A program made the translations under genes and the position numbers. This document shows, in pieces, positions 52,809 to 62,316 of a stretch of DNA of 64,000 bases; positions within the stretch are counted from its first letter, which is position 1, and the number at the start of each line of letters is the position of its first letter. Under the pieces are notes generated by a model. It did no database searches and was not told the origin of the DNA. It worked only from the letters and a program-made list of their open reading frames with translations. The DNA is from Bacillota bacterium (lineage in GTDB: Bacteria > Bacillota > JAAYKD01): positions 1 to 64,000 of the forward strand of contig OY762825.2 of NCBI GenBank assembly GCA_963666425.2. Reading direction: 5' to 3'.

Positions 52809-53501
52809 ATGAAGAAGATTGCGATAATCCCGGTCTACAATGAGCAGAATAATATCATACAGGTGATGAATGATCTGAAGACGAATGCTCCTGATTTCGA
52901 TACTGTGATCATTAATGACGGATCAACCGATCATACGATTGAAGCGTGCAGGGGACATGGCTTCAATGTGATCAGTCTGCCAAGCAATGCGGGAATCGGT
53001 GCCAGTGTGCAGACAGGATATATTTATGCCTTGGAGAAAGGGTACGATATTGCTGTGCAATTTGATGGTGATGGGCAGCATGAAGCCAAGTTCTTAGGAA
53101 AATTGTATGATACAATGATTAGAACAGAGAGTGACATGGTCATTGGCTCCAGGTATCTCGCGAAGCAAGGTTTCCAATCCACAGCAATGAGAAGAATCGG
53201 CATTCGATTTTTGTCAAGCCTGATTAGAATTTTATATCGACAGAAAATAAGGGATGTTACCTCGGGACAGCGAATGGTCAATAGAAAAGTCATGGCTTTT
53301 TTTGCCGAATATTACCCTTATGATTATCCTGAACCGGAGACATTAGCTTTATGTATGCGGGAGAGATTTAAAGTGACAGAAGTGCCTGTCATCATGCGCT
53401 CTCGAAAAGATGGAAATTCTTCGATTGGCATCAGACAATCGGTTTATTATATGCTGAAGGTCAGTTTTTTTATTCTGGTTGGTTATTTTAAACAGTCCTA
53501 G
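52809..53501 (+). CDS. GT2 glycosyltransferase (DPM1-like, polyprenol-P-sugar synthase type)
   Basis: IIPVYNE, INDGSTD, QFDGDGQH, GSRY, D.TSG.R and YPEPE. Confidence 0.9.
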   Translation: MKKIAIIPVYNEQNNIIQVMNDLKTNAPDFDTVIINDGSTDHTIEACRGHGFNVISLPSNAGIGASVQTGYIYALEKGYDIAVQFDGDGQHEAKFLGKLYDTMIRTESDMVIGSRYLAKQGFQSTAMRRIGIRFLSSLIRILYRQKIRDVTSGQRMVNRKVMAFFAEYYPYDYPEPETLALCMRERFKVTEVPVIMRSRKDGNSSIGIRQSVYYMLKVSFFILVGYFKQS

Positions 53502-53543
53502 TAAACAAGAGAAGCCGCGAAGCGAAGAAGGAATAGGTGCAAA

Positions 53544-55397
53544 ATGAAGTCCTTCACAAATAGAATATCTGGATTTATTGTTTGGGTTTTATTTTCTTGC
53601 ACGTTGATTTACGCATCGATTTTTTTAAATTGGCAGCAAGAAAATCAGCAAAACAAGTTAACTGTAGTGATCTTTCTGATCATCGTTTTAATCCTGATAG
53701 CTGTGATCTGGCTGGTTCAGAATAGAAAAAAGGCAGGAACGGCAACCCTGACGCTCATGCAGGCACGTCCATCGTCTTTTCTGTTCGCGGGTCTCTTCAG
53801 TTTACTGGTTGGGTTTTTTTTCTTTGGCAAAACGTTTTTATATGAAGAAACCGGTTATTGGCTTTCTTTGGATCGTCTTCGTTATTTTCTTCTGCTTTGT
53901 ATCCCCATTTATGTCTACCTCCTATTCACTTTTACTATGCTCGATCGATTTAAATCGGTCATCGCGGAGCAGCCAAAGGAACCGGTGAGGCAGAAGGATA
54001 AGCTGAACTTAAAAACACATTACCTCTTGCTTTGGGTCCTGCAAATTGCCTTGCTTGGGGTTTATTTCTATGCCTTCTATCCAGGCAATATGTCTTATGA
54101 TACCTATAATCAGGTAAGTCAGCTGAAGGGTTTGATTCCCTTTAATACCTGGCATCCGATTGGCCACACGCTGCTGATTGGTTTATTACTGAAGATTTGG
54201 GATAATTACGCTGCGATTACCATTTTTCAGATACTCGTTTTTGCATCTGTTACTTCCGCCTTTTATGTCACTCTGTTGCGCAATCGAGTCAAATGGCAGA
54301 TCATTTATCTTCTAGCCGTCACCTTAAGTGCGATTCCATCTACCGGTATCAATGTAGTCACCCAATGGAAAGATATCCCTTTTACGGTCGGCCTATTGTG
54401 GGGCACGCTGATTCTGTTTAAAATGAGCCTGGAGAAGGCTTATTTCAGTAAGTTCAGTCACGGCGTTGAGTTTCTCTTCTGTTTGCTGACCGTCTCGTTG
54501 TTTCGTTATAACGGTATTCTTGCCTTCCTTGGTCTGTTGCTTTTTGCTTTCGTCTATGTAATAAAAAGCCATAACAAAATTCAGATTCGAAATTATACCC
54601 TATCGGCTTTGCTGATTATGACGGTTTTTTTTACGATCAACAGTGTGATTCCTGCTCGATTAAGTGCTGATCTGAATCCAGCGGGAATGAAACTGCGTCC
54701 GATCTATCAAGGTCTGGCTGCCGTTTATGCGAAGGGAGGAGAAGAAGACCTTAGCCCTGCCAGCTGCGCTTTGATCGAGTCTGTCTGCAGTCAAGAGCAG
54801 CTGGAGGATTATTACAATCCTTATTTTGCGGATATTATCTCGAACAATGTTCCTGATTTTTTGATCAACCTATCAGCAATTGATACCGCAGACGCCTTAA
54901 AAATGTATATTGAAGCTCTGCTTGTTCATCCGGAAGTGGTGATCGCGGATAAGTTGAATCTGGCAATTACGATGTGGTCGGTTACGAGCGACCAATTCAG
55001 TTACAATAACGCCTATACGACGGCGATTGAACCGGAAATGCAAAAGGTATTTGGCGTGACCAGAACCGGTAATGATTTAACAGAGGTGATTGAAAAAATA
55101 GCCGGAGCTACATTTCAAGAGAATTACTTTATCAATACGCTGATTTGGCGGCCGGGATTTTATCTGGCCTTGGAATTTATCCTGATGTTTTATTTAATCA
55201 TCAGAAGAGATAAAAGACTCAGCTTAATGATACCCTTGATTTGTAATGGTTTGATCGTTTTTTTGACGATGCCTGCTCAGGATTATCGCTATCTTTGGTT
55301 TATTGCGCTGCTTTTTCCATTTTTGGTTTTGGCCTGCAGTGTTCCATTACCAGAGGAAAAAATAGAGGATAGGAAAGGGAGAGATGTGCTTGGTTAA
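53544..55397 (+). CDS. Polytopic membrane protein, GT-C-like (DUF6020-like)
   Basis: More than 10 TMs; YPG.MSYD, WHP..HT, WKD.PF, FRYNG and DYRY. Confidence 0.65.
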   Translation: MKSFTNRISGFIVWVLFSCTLIYASIFLNWQQENQQNKLTVVIFLIIVLILIAVIWLVQNRKKAGTATLTLMQARPSSFLFAGLFSLLVGFFFFGKTFLYEETGYWLSLDRLRYFLLLCIPIYVYLLFTFTMLDRFKSVIAEQPKEPVRQKDKLNLKTHYLLLWVLQIALLGVYFYAFYPGNMSYDTYNQVSQLKGLIPFNTWHPIGHTLLIGLLLKIWDNYAAITIFQILVFASVTSAFYVTLLRNRVKWQIIYLLAVTLSAIPSTGINVVTQWKDIPFTVGLLWGTLILFKMSLEKAYFSKFSHGVEFLFCLLTVSLFRYNGILAFLGLLLFAFVYVIKSHNKIQIRNYTLSALLIMTVFFTINSVIPARLSADLNPAGMKLRPIYQGLAAVYAKGGEEDLSPASCALIESVCSQEQLEDYYNPYFADIISNNVPDFLINLSAIDTADALKMYIEALLVHPEVVIADKLNLAITMWSVTSDQFSYNNAYTTAIEPEMQKVFGVTRTGNDLTEVIEKIAGATFQENYFINTLIWRPGFYLALEFILMFYLIIRRDKRLSLMIPLICNGLIVFLTMPAQDYRYLWFIALLFPFLVLACSVPLPEEKIEDRKGRDVLG

Positions 55398-55731
55398 TTT
55401 CATTGCCTATATTTTTTTCACTGTGTTGGGACTTTTTATGATGAAATTTTCGGGTCACCCCATGCAGTTCAGCTTCAAGGATGGGTTCTTCAATTTTAAC
55501 ATCGGCAGCAAAATGTTTCTGGCGCTGATCTTTTATGTGACAAGTTTTTTGTTATGGACAGGCATCGTAGCCAAAAACGATTTAAGCTTTATCGTGCCAT
55601 TTTCTTCGGCAATTGTGAACGTGCTGGCTGTTGGCTTGGGAATTTTCTTTTTTCACGAAACAATGAATGTCTACAAGACAATTGGGATTATTCTGGCCAT
55701 TTTAGGGGTTATCCTGATGAATTATAAGTAG
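55384..55731 (+). CDS. Small EamA/SMR-like 4-TM protein (ArnE/ArnF-like flippase candidate)
   Basis: 115 aa, LS...P and FFHE......GI.L...GV. Confidence 0.65.
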   Translation: MCLVNFIAYIFFTVLGLFMMKFSGHPMQFSFKDGFFNFNIGSKMFLALIFYVTSFLLWTGIVAKNDLSFIVPFSSAIVNVLAVGLGIFFFHETMNVYKTIGIILAILGVILMNYK

Positions 55732-55744
55732 AAATCAAGATAAA

Positions 55745-55806
55745 GCCAAGGGGACGGGGGTGTTGGCACAAACTATTTGTGCCAACACCCCCGTCCCCTT
55801 GGCACA
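55745..55806. repeat. Inverted doublet of the dispersed repeat
   Basis: Repeat 55746-55770, AACTATT, reverse-complement repeat 55778-55802(+CACA). Confidence 0.97.
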
Positions 55807-55821
55807 TTCTTTTTAAAGTCG

Positions 55822-55849
55822 AAAGGAATCTCATTGGCAAGAGAGGAAT
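55822..55849 (+). promoter_or_regulatory. Possible SigH-type promoter
   Basis: AAAGGAATC...GAAT, 22 nt between motif starts. Confidence 0.35.
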
Positions 55850-55952
55850 TTAAGTGCAAAGCTACAATCTACTAGTATTTTGATGAAAATTACTGAATCA
55901 GGCGATTGCTGATCAAATAGAAATAAAGCAGAGGAGCGAAAGGAGTGTTGTT

Positions 55953-58760
55953 ATGATACAACGCAGCACAGAAACAAAGCAAAGCTTTCTGTTGGAAGGC
56001 TTGAATAGAAAGCAAACTCGGCTATTGGTGATTGTCTTCATTGCTGTTATTTTTGCACTCAGCGGTCTTTATTTACGTTTTGCTTGGCAGCGTTATGAGA
56101 ACATCGCCTCATCGGAAGCGGTTATGTTGGCGCAGTCGCTGGTTACCTTAATACACTCCGAGGAGATTGCCGAACTATCCGGCAGCCTGGCGGATTTGGA
56201 AAAGCCAGCCTACAGAATGCTCAAAAGCAGCTTGATGCAACTGGTGAATACGACGAATCCAATTCATTTTGCTTATCTGATGCAAGAGCAGGCAGGCAGC
56301 ATTGTCATTCTGATGGACTCGGAATCACCCATCTCAGCCGATTTTTCACCGCCTGGACAAATCTATGAAGAAGCGGATGAAAGCTACCGGGAAGCTTTTC
56401 GCACAGGTAAGACGGTATTAACCGATCCGATCATCGATCGCTGGGGAACCTGGATCAGCGCTCTGGTTCCGATCAAAGATCGGCTTGACAATTCTGTCAT
56501 AGCCGCTTTTGGCATAGATTATGCCGCTTCAGAGTGGTATGCAGACTTGTGGAAGCAAATGATCCCCGACGCGATGATTGTTGCTTGCCTCCTGCTGCTT
56601 TTGCTGGCTTTGCTGCGTTCGAGGACACAGCAACTGGTTCTCACGCAGCTAAGTGAGAAATTGTCTTTTGATGAAAACTTCTACCACAGTGTGTTTGATC
56701 AGGCTCCGATTGGAATTGCCATTGTCAATGATAAGAGCTTTGTTATTCAATCGGAGTTTGGGTCGATGAATATCAATCCAATGTTCGAACATATTCTTGG
56801 CAGGACAAGTCAAGATTTAGGTAGGATAAAATGGACCGAGATCACGCATCCGGAAGACCTTGATAGCGATCTCAGTAAATTTGAACAATTTAAAAATGGT
56901 GTCATCAATGGCTATTCTTTAGAAAAGCGTTTCTTAAAGCCGGATGGTTCGAGCCTGTGGACAAATATCCACATCTCTCATCTCTTTGGAAACCATGATA
57001 AGCACTCAAAACACCTTTGTTTGCTGGAGGATATCAGTGCTCGCAAGTTAATAGAGAAGTCGCTCTTGGAAAGTGAACGCAGCAAATCGGTTTTGATTTC
57101 GAATTTGCCGGGCATGGCTTACCGCTGTAAATATGATCGCAGCTGGACAATGCTGTTTGTATCTCCCGGTTGTATTCCGTTAACCGGCTATCTACCGGAA
57201 AGCCTGGTGAACAACAGAGATTTATCCTTTAATGATCTGATCACGCCCGAATATCGCGAACCGCTTTGGCAAGAATGGCAGCGGACACTTATCGCGAGAC
57301 TGCCATTCAAGTATGAATATGAAATTACGGCTGCTAACGGAGAACGTAAATGGGTAATGGAGTTAGCGGAAGGAATTTATAACGAACAGGATGAAGTGGA
57401 AACACTGGAGGGCATTATTCTCGATATCTCAGACCGCAAAGCAATGGAGAATCATCTTAGATATAGTAATGAACATGATAGCTGGACTGGGTTATACAAT
57501 CGTGCTTACTTAGAAAATCTTTTACGAAACGATGCAAAAGCCCATAAAGCAGAGAAGAGAGCGCTCGTTGGTGTCAACCTGAGTACTGTGCAGCAGCTGA
57601 GCATGATCTATGGCTTCTATTACAGTCAAGAATTAATCAAAAAGGTCACCGAAGCAATGACTTTGCTGTGCAATGATCAATGCCAGCTTTTCAATACCTA
57701 TGTCAATCGGTTTATTTTCTATATCAAGGGTTATGAAGATAAGAACAGTTTAGTCGCTTTTAGCAATGTTGTTGTACAGGTGTTGGAATCGGTGTTTGCC
57801 ATTGAAAGAATTGGCGGTGGCATTGGAATAGTGGAAATAGACTCAAACAACGAGCAGGATCCGGACCGGATTCTGAAAGACTTGCTGATTGCATCTGAAA
57901 AAGCGTTTACTGTGATTGACCGTGATTTTGCTTTCTGCTTTTATGATGCGGAAATGGAAGCGCAGATTAACCGAGAAGAAACGATACGGCGGGAACTTGT
58001 GCAAATTGCCGCCGAGGAGAGACTGCAAAGATTATATCTGCAATTTCAACCGATTTTCGACCTAAAGACGAATCGCATCTGCGGCTTTGAAGCTTTGGCT
58101 CGCTTAAACAGCGAAAACCTGGGAAGTGTTCCTCCCATGGAATTCATCGCGATCGCCGAGAAAAACAAACTGATCATTCCTTTGGGTAACCAAATCATTC
58201 GGCAAGCGTTTCACTTTCTCAATCGACTGAAAGAAAATGGATATAACAATATCGACGTGTCCATCAACATTTCCGCCATTCAATTGCTGCGCAGTGATTT
58301 TGTGGAACGTTTATTCGAGCTGGTTGAGACAATGCAAGTAAACCCTGCCAATATCTGTATTGAGATTACAGAATCGATTTTTGTTTCGAGTTATCAGGCA
58401 GTCAACCAGGTGCTTGCTCAATTGAAGGCGATTGGCATGAGTATTGCGATTGATGATTTTGGAATTGAGTACTCATCTCTTGCCCGGGAACGTGAATTAA
58501 ATATCAACTGTCTGAAAATTGATAAATATTTTATTGATAAACTCCTCCTGTTAAAAGAAGAGGAAGCCATTACAGCCGATATTATCTCTATGGCACATCG
58601 CTTGGGTCACATTGTGATAGCCGAAGGAGTAGAATACGAAAAACAGCGACAGTATTTAAAAAAACACGGCTGCGATAAAATACAGGGTTATCTGATTGCG
58701 AAGCCATTGGATGAAGACGTGGCGATGGCGCTGCTCCACCAACAAGTCAGTCAAGGTTGA
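55953..58760 (+). CDS. Membrane sensor-PAS-PAS-degenerate GGDEF-EAL phosphodiesterase
   Basis: Two TMs, THPED and PAS motifs, GGDEF position reads YVNRF, EALARL and DDFG.EYSSL. Confidence 0.88.
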   Translation: MIQRSTETKQSFLLEGLNRKQTRLLVIVFIAVIFALSGLYLRFAWQRYENIASSEAVMLAQSLVTLIHSEEIAELSGSLADLEKPAYRMLKSSLMQLVNTTNPIHFAYLMQEQAGSIVILMDSESPISADFSPPGQIYEEADESYREAFRTGKTVLTDPIIDRWGTWISALVPIKDRLDNSVIAAFGIDYAASEWYADLWKQMIPDAMIVACLLLLLLALLRSRTQQLVLTQLSEKLSFDENFYHSVFDQAPIGIAIVNDKSFVIQSEFGSMNINPMFEHILGRTSQDLGRIKWTEITHPEDLDSDLSKFEQFKNGVINGYSLEKRFLKPDGSSLWTNIHISHLFGNHDKHSKHLCLLEDISARKLIEKSLLESERSKSVLISNLPGMAYRCKYDRSWTMLFVSPGCIPLTGYLPESLVNNRDLSFNDLITPEYREPLWQEWQRTLIARLPFKYEYEITAANGERKWVMELAEGIYNEQDEVETLEGIILDISDRKAMENHLRYSNEHDSWTGLYNRAYLENLLRNDAKAHKAEKRALVGVNLSTVQQLSMIYGFYYSQELIKKVTEAMTLLCNDQCQLFNTYVNRFIFYIKGYEDKNSLVAFSNVVVQVLESVFAIERIGGGIGIVEIDSNNEQDPDRILKDLLIASEKAFTVIDRDFAFCFYDAEMEAQINREETIRRELVQIAAEERLQRLYLQFQPIFDLKTNRICGFEALARLNSENLGSVPPMEFIAIAEKNKLIIPLGNQIIRQAFHFLNRLKENGYNNIDVSINISAIQLLRSDFVERLFELVETMQVNPANICIEITESIFVSSYQAVNQVLAQLKAIGMSIAIDDFGIEYSSLARERELNINCLKIDKYFIDKLLLLKEEEAITADIISMAHRLGHIVIAEGVEYEKQRQYLKKHGCDKIQGYLIAKPLDEDVAMALLHQQVSQG

Positions 58761-58790
58761 CGATACGAAACCGGTAAAGAGGTTACCCGC

Positions 58791-59981
58791 ATGACGAAAC
58801 AAGACTCTCATGGAAAATTACAAAAGCGAACTTTATGGCTCTGCTTTATTGCTTATATGCTGGTCTACACGGGCAGGCTGAACCTTTCGATTGCTTCGCC
58901 GCTGCTGCAAAATGGCGGTTTCCTCAACAAAGAGCAAATTGGCGTCCTGGGCAGTGTTTTCTTCTTTATTTATGCGGCGGGACGGATTATCAACGGCAAT
59001 ATTGGCGATCGAATTGCACCTAAACCGTTTCTTGCCTTTGGTATGTTTGCTTCTGCTCTCTGTAATTTGGCTATCGCAACGCTGCCGCCGATCTGGTGCA
59101 TGTATGTCCTGTGGGGCTGCAATGGTTTGTTTCAATCCATGCTTTGGGGTGCGGCGTTACGCAATGTCTCCCTGACCTACCCGTTGAAAGCCAAAGCTGA
59201 GCAGGCAGCCATGATTTTATCCGCATCGGTTGGTGTAGGTAATCTGCTGGCGATTGTTCTGGCCACCGGCATGGCGCAAATCAGCCTGCGCATGATCTTC
59301 TTTGTTCCGGGACTATTGATGCTGGTGATGAGCTTACTGCTCTTGCTCTTTTTGCCAAACAACAGGGCAGAGCAGAGTGCAGAAGTCAAGACAAGCTTTT
59401 CTTGTCTGCGCAATCCGAATTTGCTGAAAATGTTGCTGCCGGCGGCCATGCATGGCGTGGTAAAGGAAAACCTGACCTTGTGGACTCCGCTGCTGCTGAT
59501 GGATTTGTATCAATTGGATTTTTATAAAGTGAAGTATTATATTTTCCTGATGCCGCTGGCTACTTTGCTGGGGCGTATGTTGTTTCCTGTCTGGTATAAA
59601 CTGTGCAAAAACAACGAAACAAAGACACTGGTGAGCGCCTTTTTAGTTTGCATCGTCGCGCTGTTCCCGTTTCTCTTGTTGACACCGCCGATTTGGCTGA
59701 CCGGTATTCTTTTGGCTGTGGTCTGTATCTGCACTTCGGTGATCAATGCGGAATTGATGTCCGTTTATCCAATCAATTTTCAAAAAAGCAATCAGGTATC
59801 GACCGTATCGGGAATCTTGGACTGCGCCACTTACATTGGCTCCGCACTAGGCAGTGCAGCTTTTGGCTTCTTGATTATCGCCTCCGGTTACACTGCCATG
59901 ATCACCGTGTGGATTGTGCTGTGTATCTTGTCGGTCGGTATCTTATACCCTGTCAAATACGTAAAACTTAAATCCGCCTAA
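58791..59981 (+). CDS. MFS transporter (GlpT/UhpT-like)
   Basis: About 12 TMs; Y.GR.N.SIA, G.IGDR and NG.FQS..W. Confidence 0.85.
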   Translation: MTKQDSHGKLQKRTLWLCFIAYMLVYTGRLNLSIASPLLQNGGFLNKEQIGVLGSVFFFIYAAGRIINGNIGDRIAPKPFLAFGMFASALCNLAIATLPPIWCMYVLWGCNGLFQSMLWGAALRNVSLTYPLKAKAEQAAMILSASVGVGNLLAIVLATGMAQISLRMIFFVPGLLMLVMSLLLLLFLPNNRAEQSAEVKTSFSCLRNPNLLKMLLPAAMHGVVKENLTLWTPLLLMDLYQLDFYKVKYYIFLMPLATLLGRMLFPVWYKLCKNNETKTLVSAFLVCIVALFPFLLLTPPIWLTGILLAVVCICTSVINAELMSVYPINFQKSNQVSTVSGILDCATYIGSALGSAAFGFLIIASGYTAMITVWIVLCILSVGILYPVKYVKLKSA

Positions 59982-59983
59982 AC

Positions 59984-60045
59984 ATGTACCAAGGGGACGG
60001 GGGTGTTGGCACAACTGTGCCAACACCCCCGTCCCCTTGGTACAT
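59984..60045. repeat. Inverted doublet of the dispersed repeat (perfect 30-bp arms)
   Basis: ATGTA+repeat(59989-60013), AC, reverse-complement repeat (60016-60040)+TACAT. Confidence 0.97.
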
Positions 60046-60152
60046 CCTGATCGGGAACATTCGGTTCGATTTTTCGTCTATCTTTTGTGATGCTTTAGTG
60101 CTAGAATACTCTTCGAGCATATATCAAGGCAATGACATGAAAGGACATCAAA

Positions 60153-61331
60153 ATGAATGTTCGAAAATTGAAATTCATAGTACTGTGTCTAACAACAATG
60201 CTGCTGTTGAGCGGCTGCAGTTTGTTCGGGAATGTAAAGCTGCCGCCCGCTGCTCCTCCAGGAAATGGTGAGCCGGAAGAATCGCCCGACCCCGTTCCAA
60301 CACCGAAACCAACAGAAACAACAGATGAAGTGAGAGCGAAGGCAATCTTGCAGAATATGACGCGGCAGGAAAAGATTGGTCAATTGTTTTTCGTCCGCTT
60401 AAGAAAAGATCAGGCATTTGAGGATATAAAAAACTATCATTTAGGTGGATTAATCTTGGTGGGGAATGACTTCGTCAACGAAAACAAGACAAGTATTAAA
60501 AATCTAATAACAAGTTATCAAACCGCCGCGTCAATACCAATGCTGATTGGAGTGGATGAAGAGGGCGGAACGGTCAATCGGCTCAGTATGTATCTGGCAT
60601 TTCGAGGGGTTCCATTTCATTCGCCAATGGATTTATACAACGAAGGTGGTTTTGCCTTAATCCGCAGTGATACCTTGGAGAAAGCGGAACTGTTACTGAG
60701 CCTTGGCATTAATGTAAACCTGGCTCCGGTTTGCGATGTTTCCACCGATCCAAATGATTTTATCTATGCGCGTTCTTTTGGCAAAGATGCTGCAGCGACT
60801 TCAGCCTATGTGAAAGCTGTCGTTGAAGTGATGGCAGAGAACAAGTTAGGCTGCGCTTTAAAGCATTTTCCTGGTTATGGCAACAATTCGGATACGCACA
60901 CAGGTGCAGCATTGGATGAGAGAGCGTATCAGACTTTTATCACCAGTGATTTTCTGCCCTTTGAGGCAGGCATCAAAGCGGGTGCGGGCAGTATCATGGT
61001 CAGTCATAATATTATCACGAGTGTGGATCAGGAACATCCAGCCTCTCTCTCTGCCGCGATCCATGAAATTTTGAGAAAAGATTTGGGTTTTACCGGGGTT
61101 GTGATGACCGATGATTTAAGTATGGATGCCATTAAGGGATACACAGGAGTCAGTGAGGCTGCGGTCCTGGCGATTCAGGCGGGCAATGATCTCTTGATTG
61201 CCACAAACTTTGAACAACAGATCCCCGCTGTTCTGGCTGCCGTTGAGCAGGGAACCATCTCTGAGAGCAGAATCGATGAATCGGTTATAAGAATCCTGGA
61301 ATGGAAACTCGCTCTCGGTGTGATCAAATAA
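60153..61331 (+). CDS. GH3 beta-N-acetylhexosaminidase (NagZ-like) lipoprotein
   Basis: Lipobox LLSGC, Pro-rich linker, DEEGG, APVCD, RSF, KHFPGYG...DTH and MTDDLSM. Confidence 0.9.
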   Translation: MNVRKLKFIVLCLTTMLLLSGCSLFGNVKLPPAAPPGNGEPEESPDPVPTPKPTETTDEVRAKAILQNMTRQEKIGQLFFVRLRKDQAFEDIKNYHLGGLILVGNDFVNENKTSIKNLITSYQTAASIPMLIGVDEEGGTVNRLSMYLAFRGVPFHSPMDLYNEGGFALIRSDTLEKAELLLSLGINVNLAPVCDVSTDPNDFIYARSFGKDAAATSAYVKAVVEVMAENKLGCALKHFPGYGNNSDTHTGAALDERAYQTFITSDFLPFEAGIKAGAGSIMVSHNIITSVDQEHPASLSAAIHEILRKDLGFTGVVMTDDLSMDAIKGYTGVSEAAVLAIQAGNDLLIATNFEQQIPAVLAAVEQGTISESRIDESVIRILEWKLALGVIK

Positions 61332-61339
61332 TACAAAAG

Positions 61340-61401
61340 TGTACCAAGGGGACGGGGGTGTTGGCACAAGTGTGTGCCAACACCCCCGTCCCCTTGGTAC
61401 A
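61340..61401. repeat. Inverted doublet of the dispersed repeat (perfect 29-bp arms)
   Basis: TGTA+repeat(61344-61368), AGTG, reverse-complement repeat (61373-61397)+TACA. Confidence 0.97.
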
Positions 61402-61523
61402 TTGGGCAAAACGATAAACCATCGCTCCCTACCGTGTGATTTTAGGCGTAAATGAAGGTAATCATAATTTGATGTGGAATTTGGCAACATAAAATATAAG
61501 ATAATGATACGAGGAGAGTACTT

Positions 61524-62006
61524 ATGAAAACATTAATAATTTATACATCGTTTCATCACAGCAATACAGAAAAGGTTGCACTTGCTATGGCGAAAGTGCT
61601 TGGGGCAGATACCGTGAAATCCAAAGACTTCAAAAAAGGAAAAATCAGCAAGTATGATACAATTGGGATCGGTTCTGGAATCTATGGAGGAAAAATTAAA
61701 AAGGATATAGCAGAAATAATAGATAGTGTTAATTGGGAAAACAAGAATGTTTTTGTATTTTCGACCAGTGGATGGGGGAGTATCAAGTATAACGATAGTA
61801 TGACCAGTATGCTGGAAAAGAAAAAGGCAAAAGTAATCGGGAGTTTTACCTGTAAGGGATTTGATACCTTTGGCATTCTTAAATTTTTCGGTGGAATAGC
61901 AAAAGGGCATCCGAATGCAGAAGACATCGAAAATGCGCAGAATTTTGCCCGAAATCTAATCGAGGCCAAGGGGACGGGGGTTGTGGCGCCAAACATTCTG
62001 TCTTAA
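61524..62006 (+). CDS. Flavodoxin-family protein; C-terminus repeat-derived
   Basis: Y.S.HH.NT.KVA, GSGIY, FSTSG and KGHP; tail AKGTGVVAP comes from the degenerate repeat. Confidence 0.88.
   Translation: MKTLIIYTSFHHSNTEKVALAMAKVLGADTVKSKDFKKGKISKYDTIGIGSGIYGGKIKKDIAEIIDSVNWENKNVFVFSTSGWGSIKYNDSMTSMLEKKKAKVIGSFTCKGFDTFGILKFFGGIAKGHPNAEDIENAQNFARNLIEAKGTGVVAPNILS
61966..61990 (+). repeat. Degenerate dispersed repeat inside ORF 3' end
   Basis: CCAAGGGGACGGGGGT matches the first 16 nt exactly, then TGTGGCGCC diverges. Confidence 0.85.
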
Positions 62007-62124
62007 CGATTTTGTCAAAGAACGAAACTTAAAAAGTCATGCGAAAGAATGCAGGAATCGGATGAATCAATGCCGCCGTCCCTGTGGATCCATATTTAGC
62101 ACGAAAATGATAATTGCAAATTGT

Positions 62125-62175
62125 AAAAAAGGTGCTTGGTTCGCTGCATGATGTAACGAATCAAACACCTCTTTT
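62125..62175. terminator. Terminator-like hairpin between convergent genes
   Basis: AAAAAAGGTGCTTGGTTCG...CGAATCAAACACCTCTTTT. Confidence 0.6.
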
Positions 62176-62316
62176 ATATTTCAGATTGATTGAACAGGAT
62201 TCCCTACGCTCTAATAATAACAATTTCAAAAAGAAAAGGAATTTTATTGCTTAATACACAAAGAATCAGAGCCTATCATATCTTATCACAATAGGAGAAC
62301 GCTTTTTTAGGGCTGT

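Noticed and set aside
60055-60067. Second LexA box (GAAC-attcg-GTTC)
   Set aside because: The spacer is 5 nt, not 4.
59984-60271. ORFs starting in the repeat (MYQGDGGVGT..., also 61175-61402, 1308-1553, 10894-11094)
   Set aside because: Translations of the palindrome itself, overlapping real genes or lacking an RBS.
51933-61401. Doublets as integron attC sites
   Set aside because: GTT precedes AAC (opposite of attC), RYYYAAC/GTTRRRY is not matched, the stems lack extrahelical bases, and no integrase was seen.
51933-61401. Doublets as ordinary rho-independent terminators
   Set aside because: No U-tract follows directly, stems are far longer than needed, and identical sequence at many loci is not expected of terminators; a secondary terminator role remains possible.
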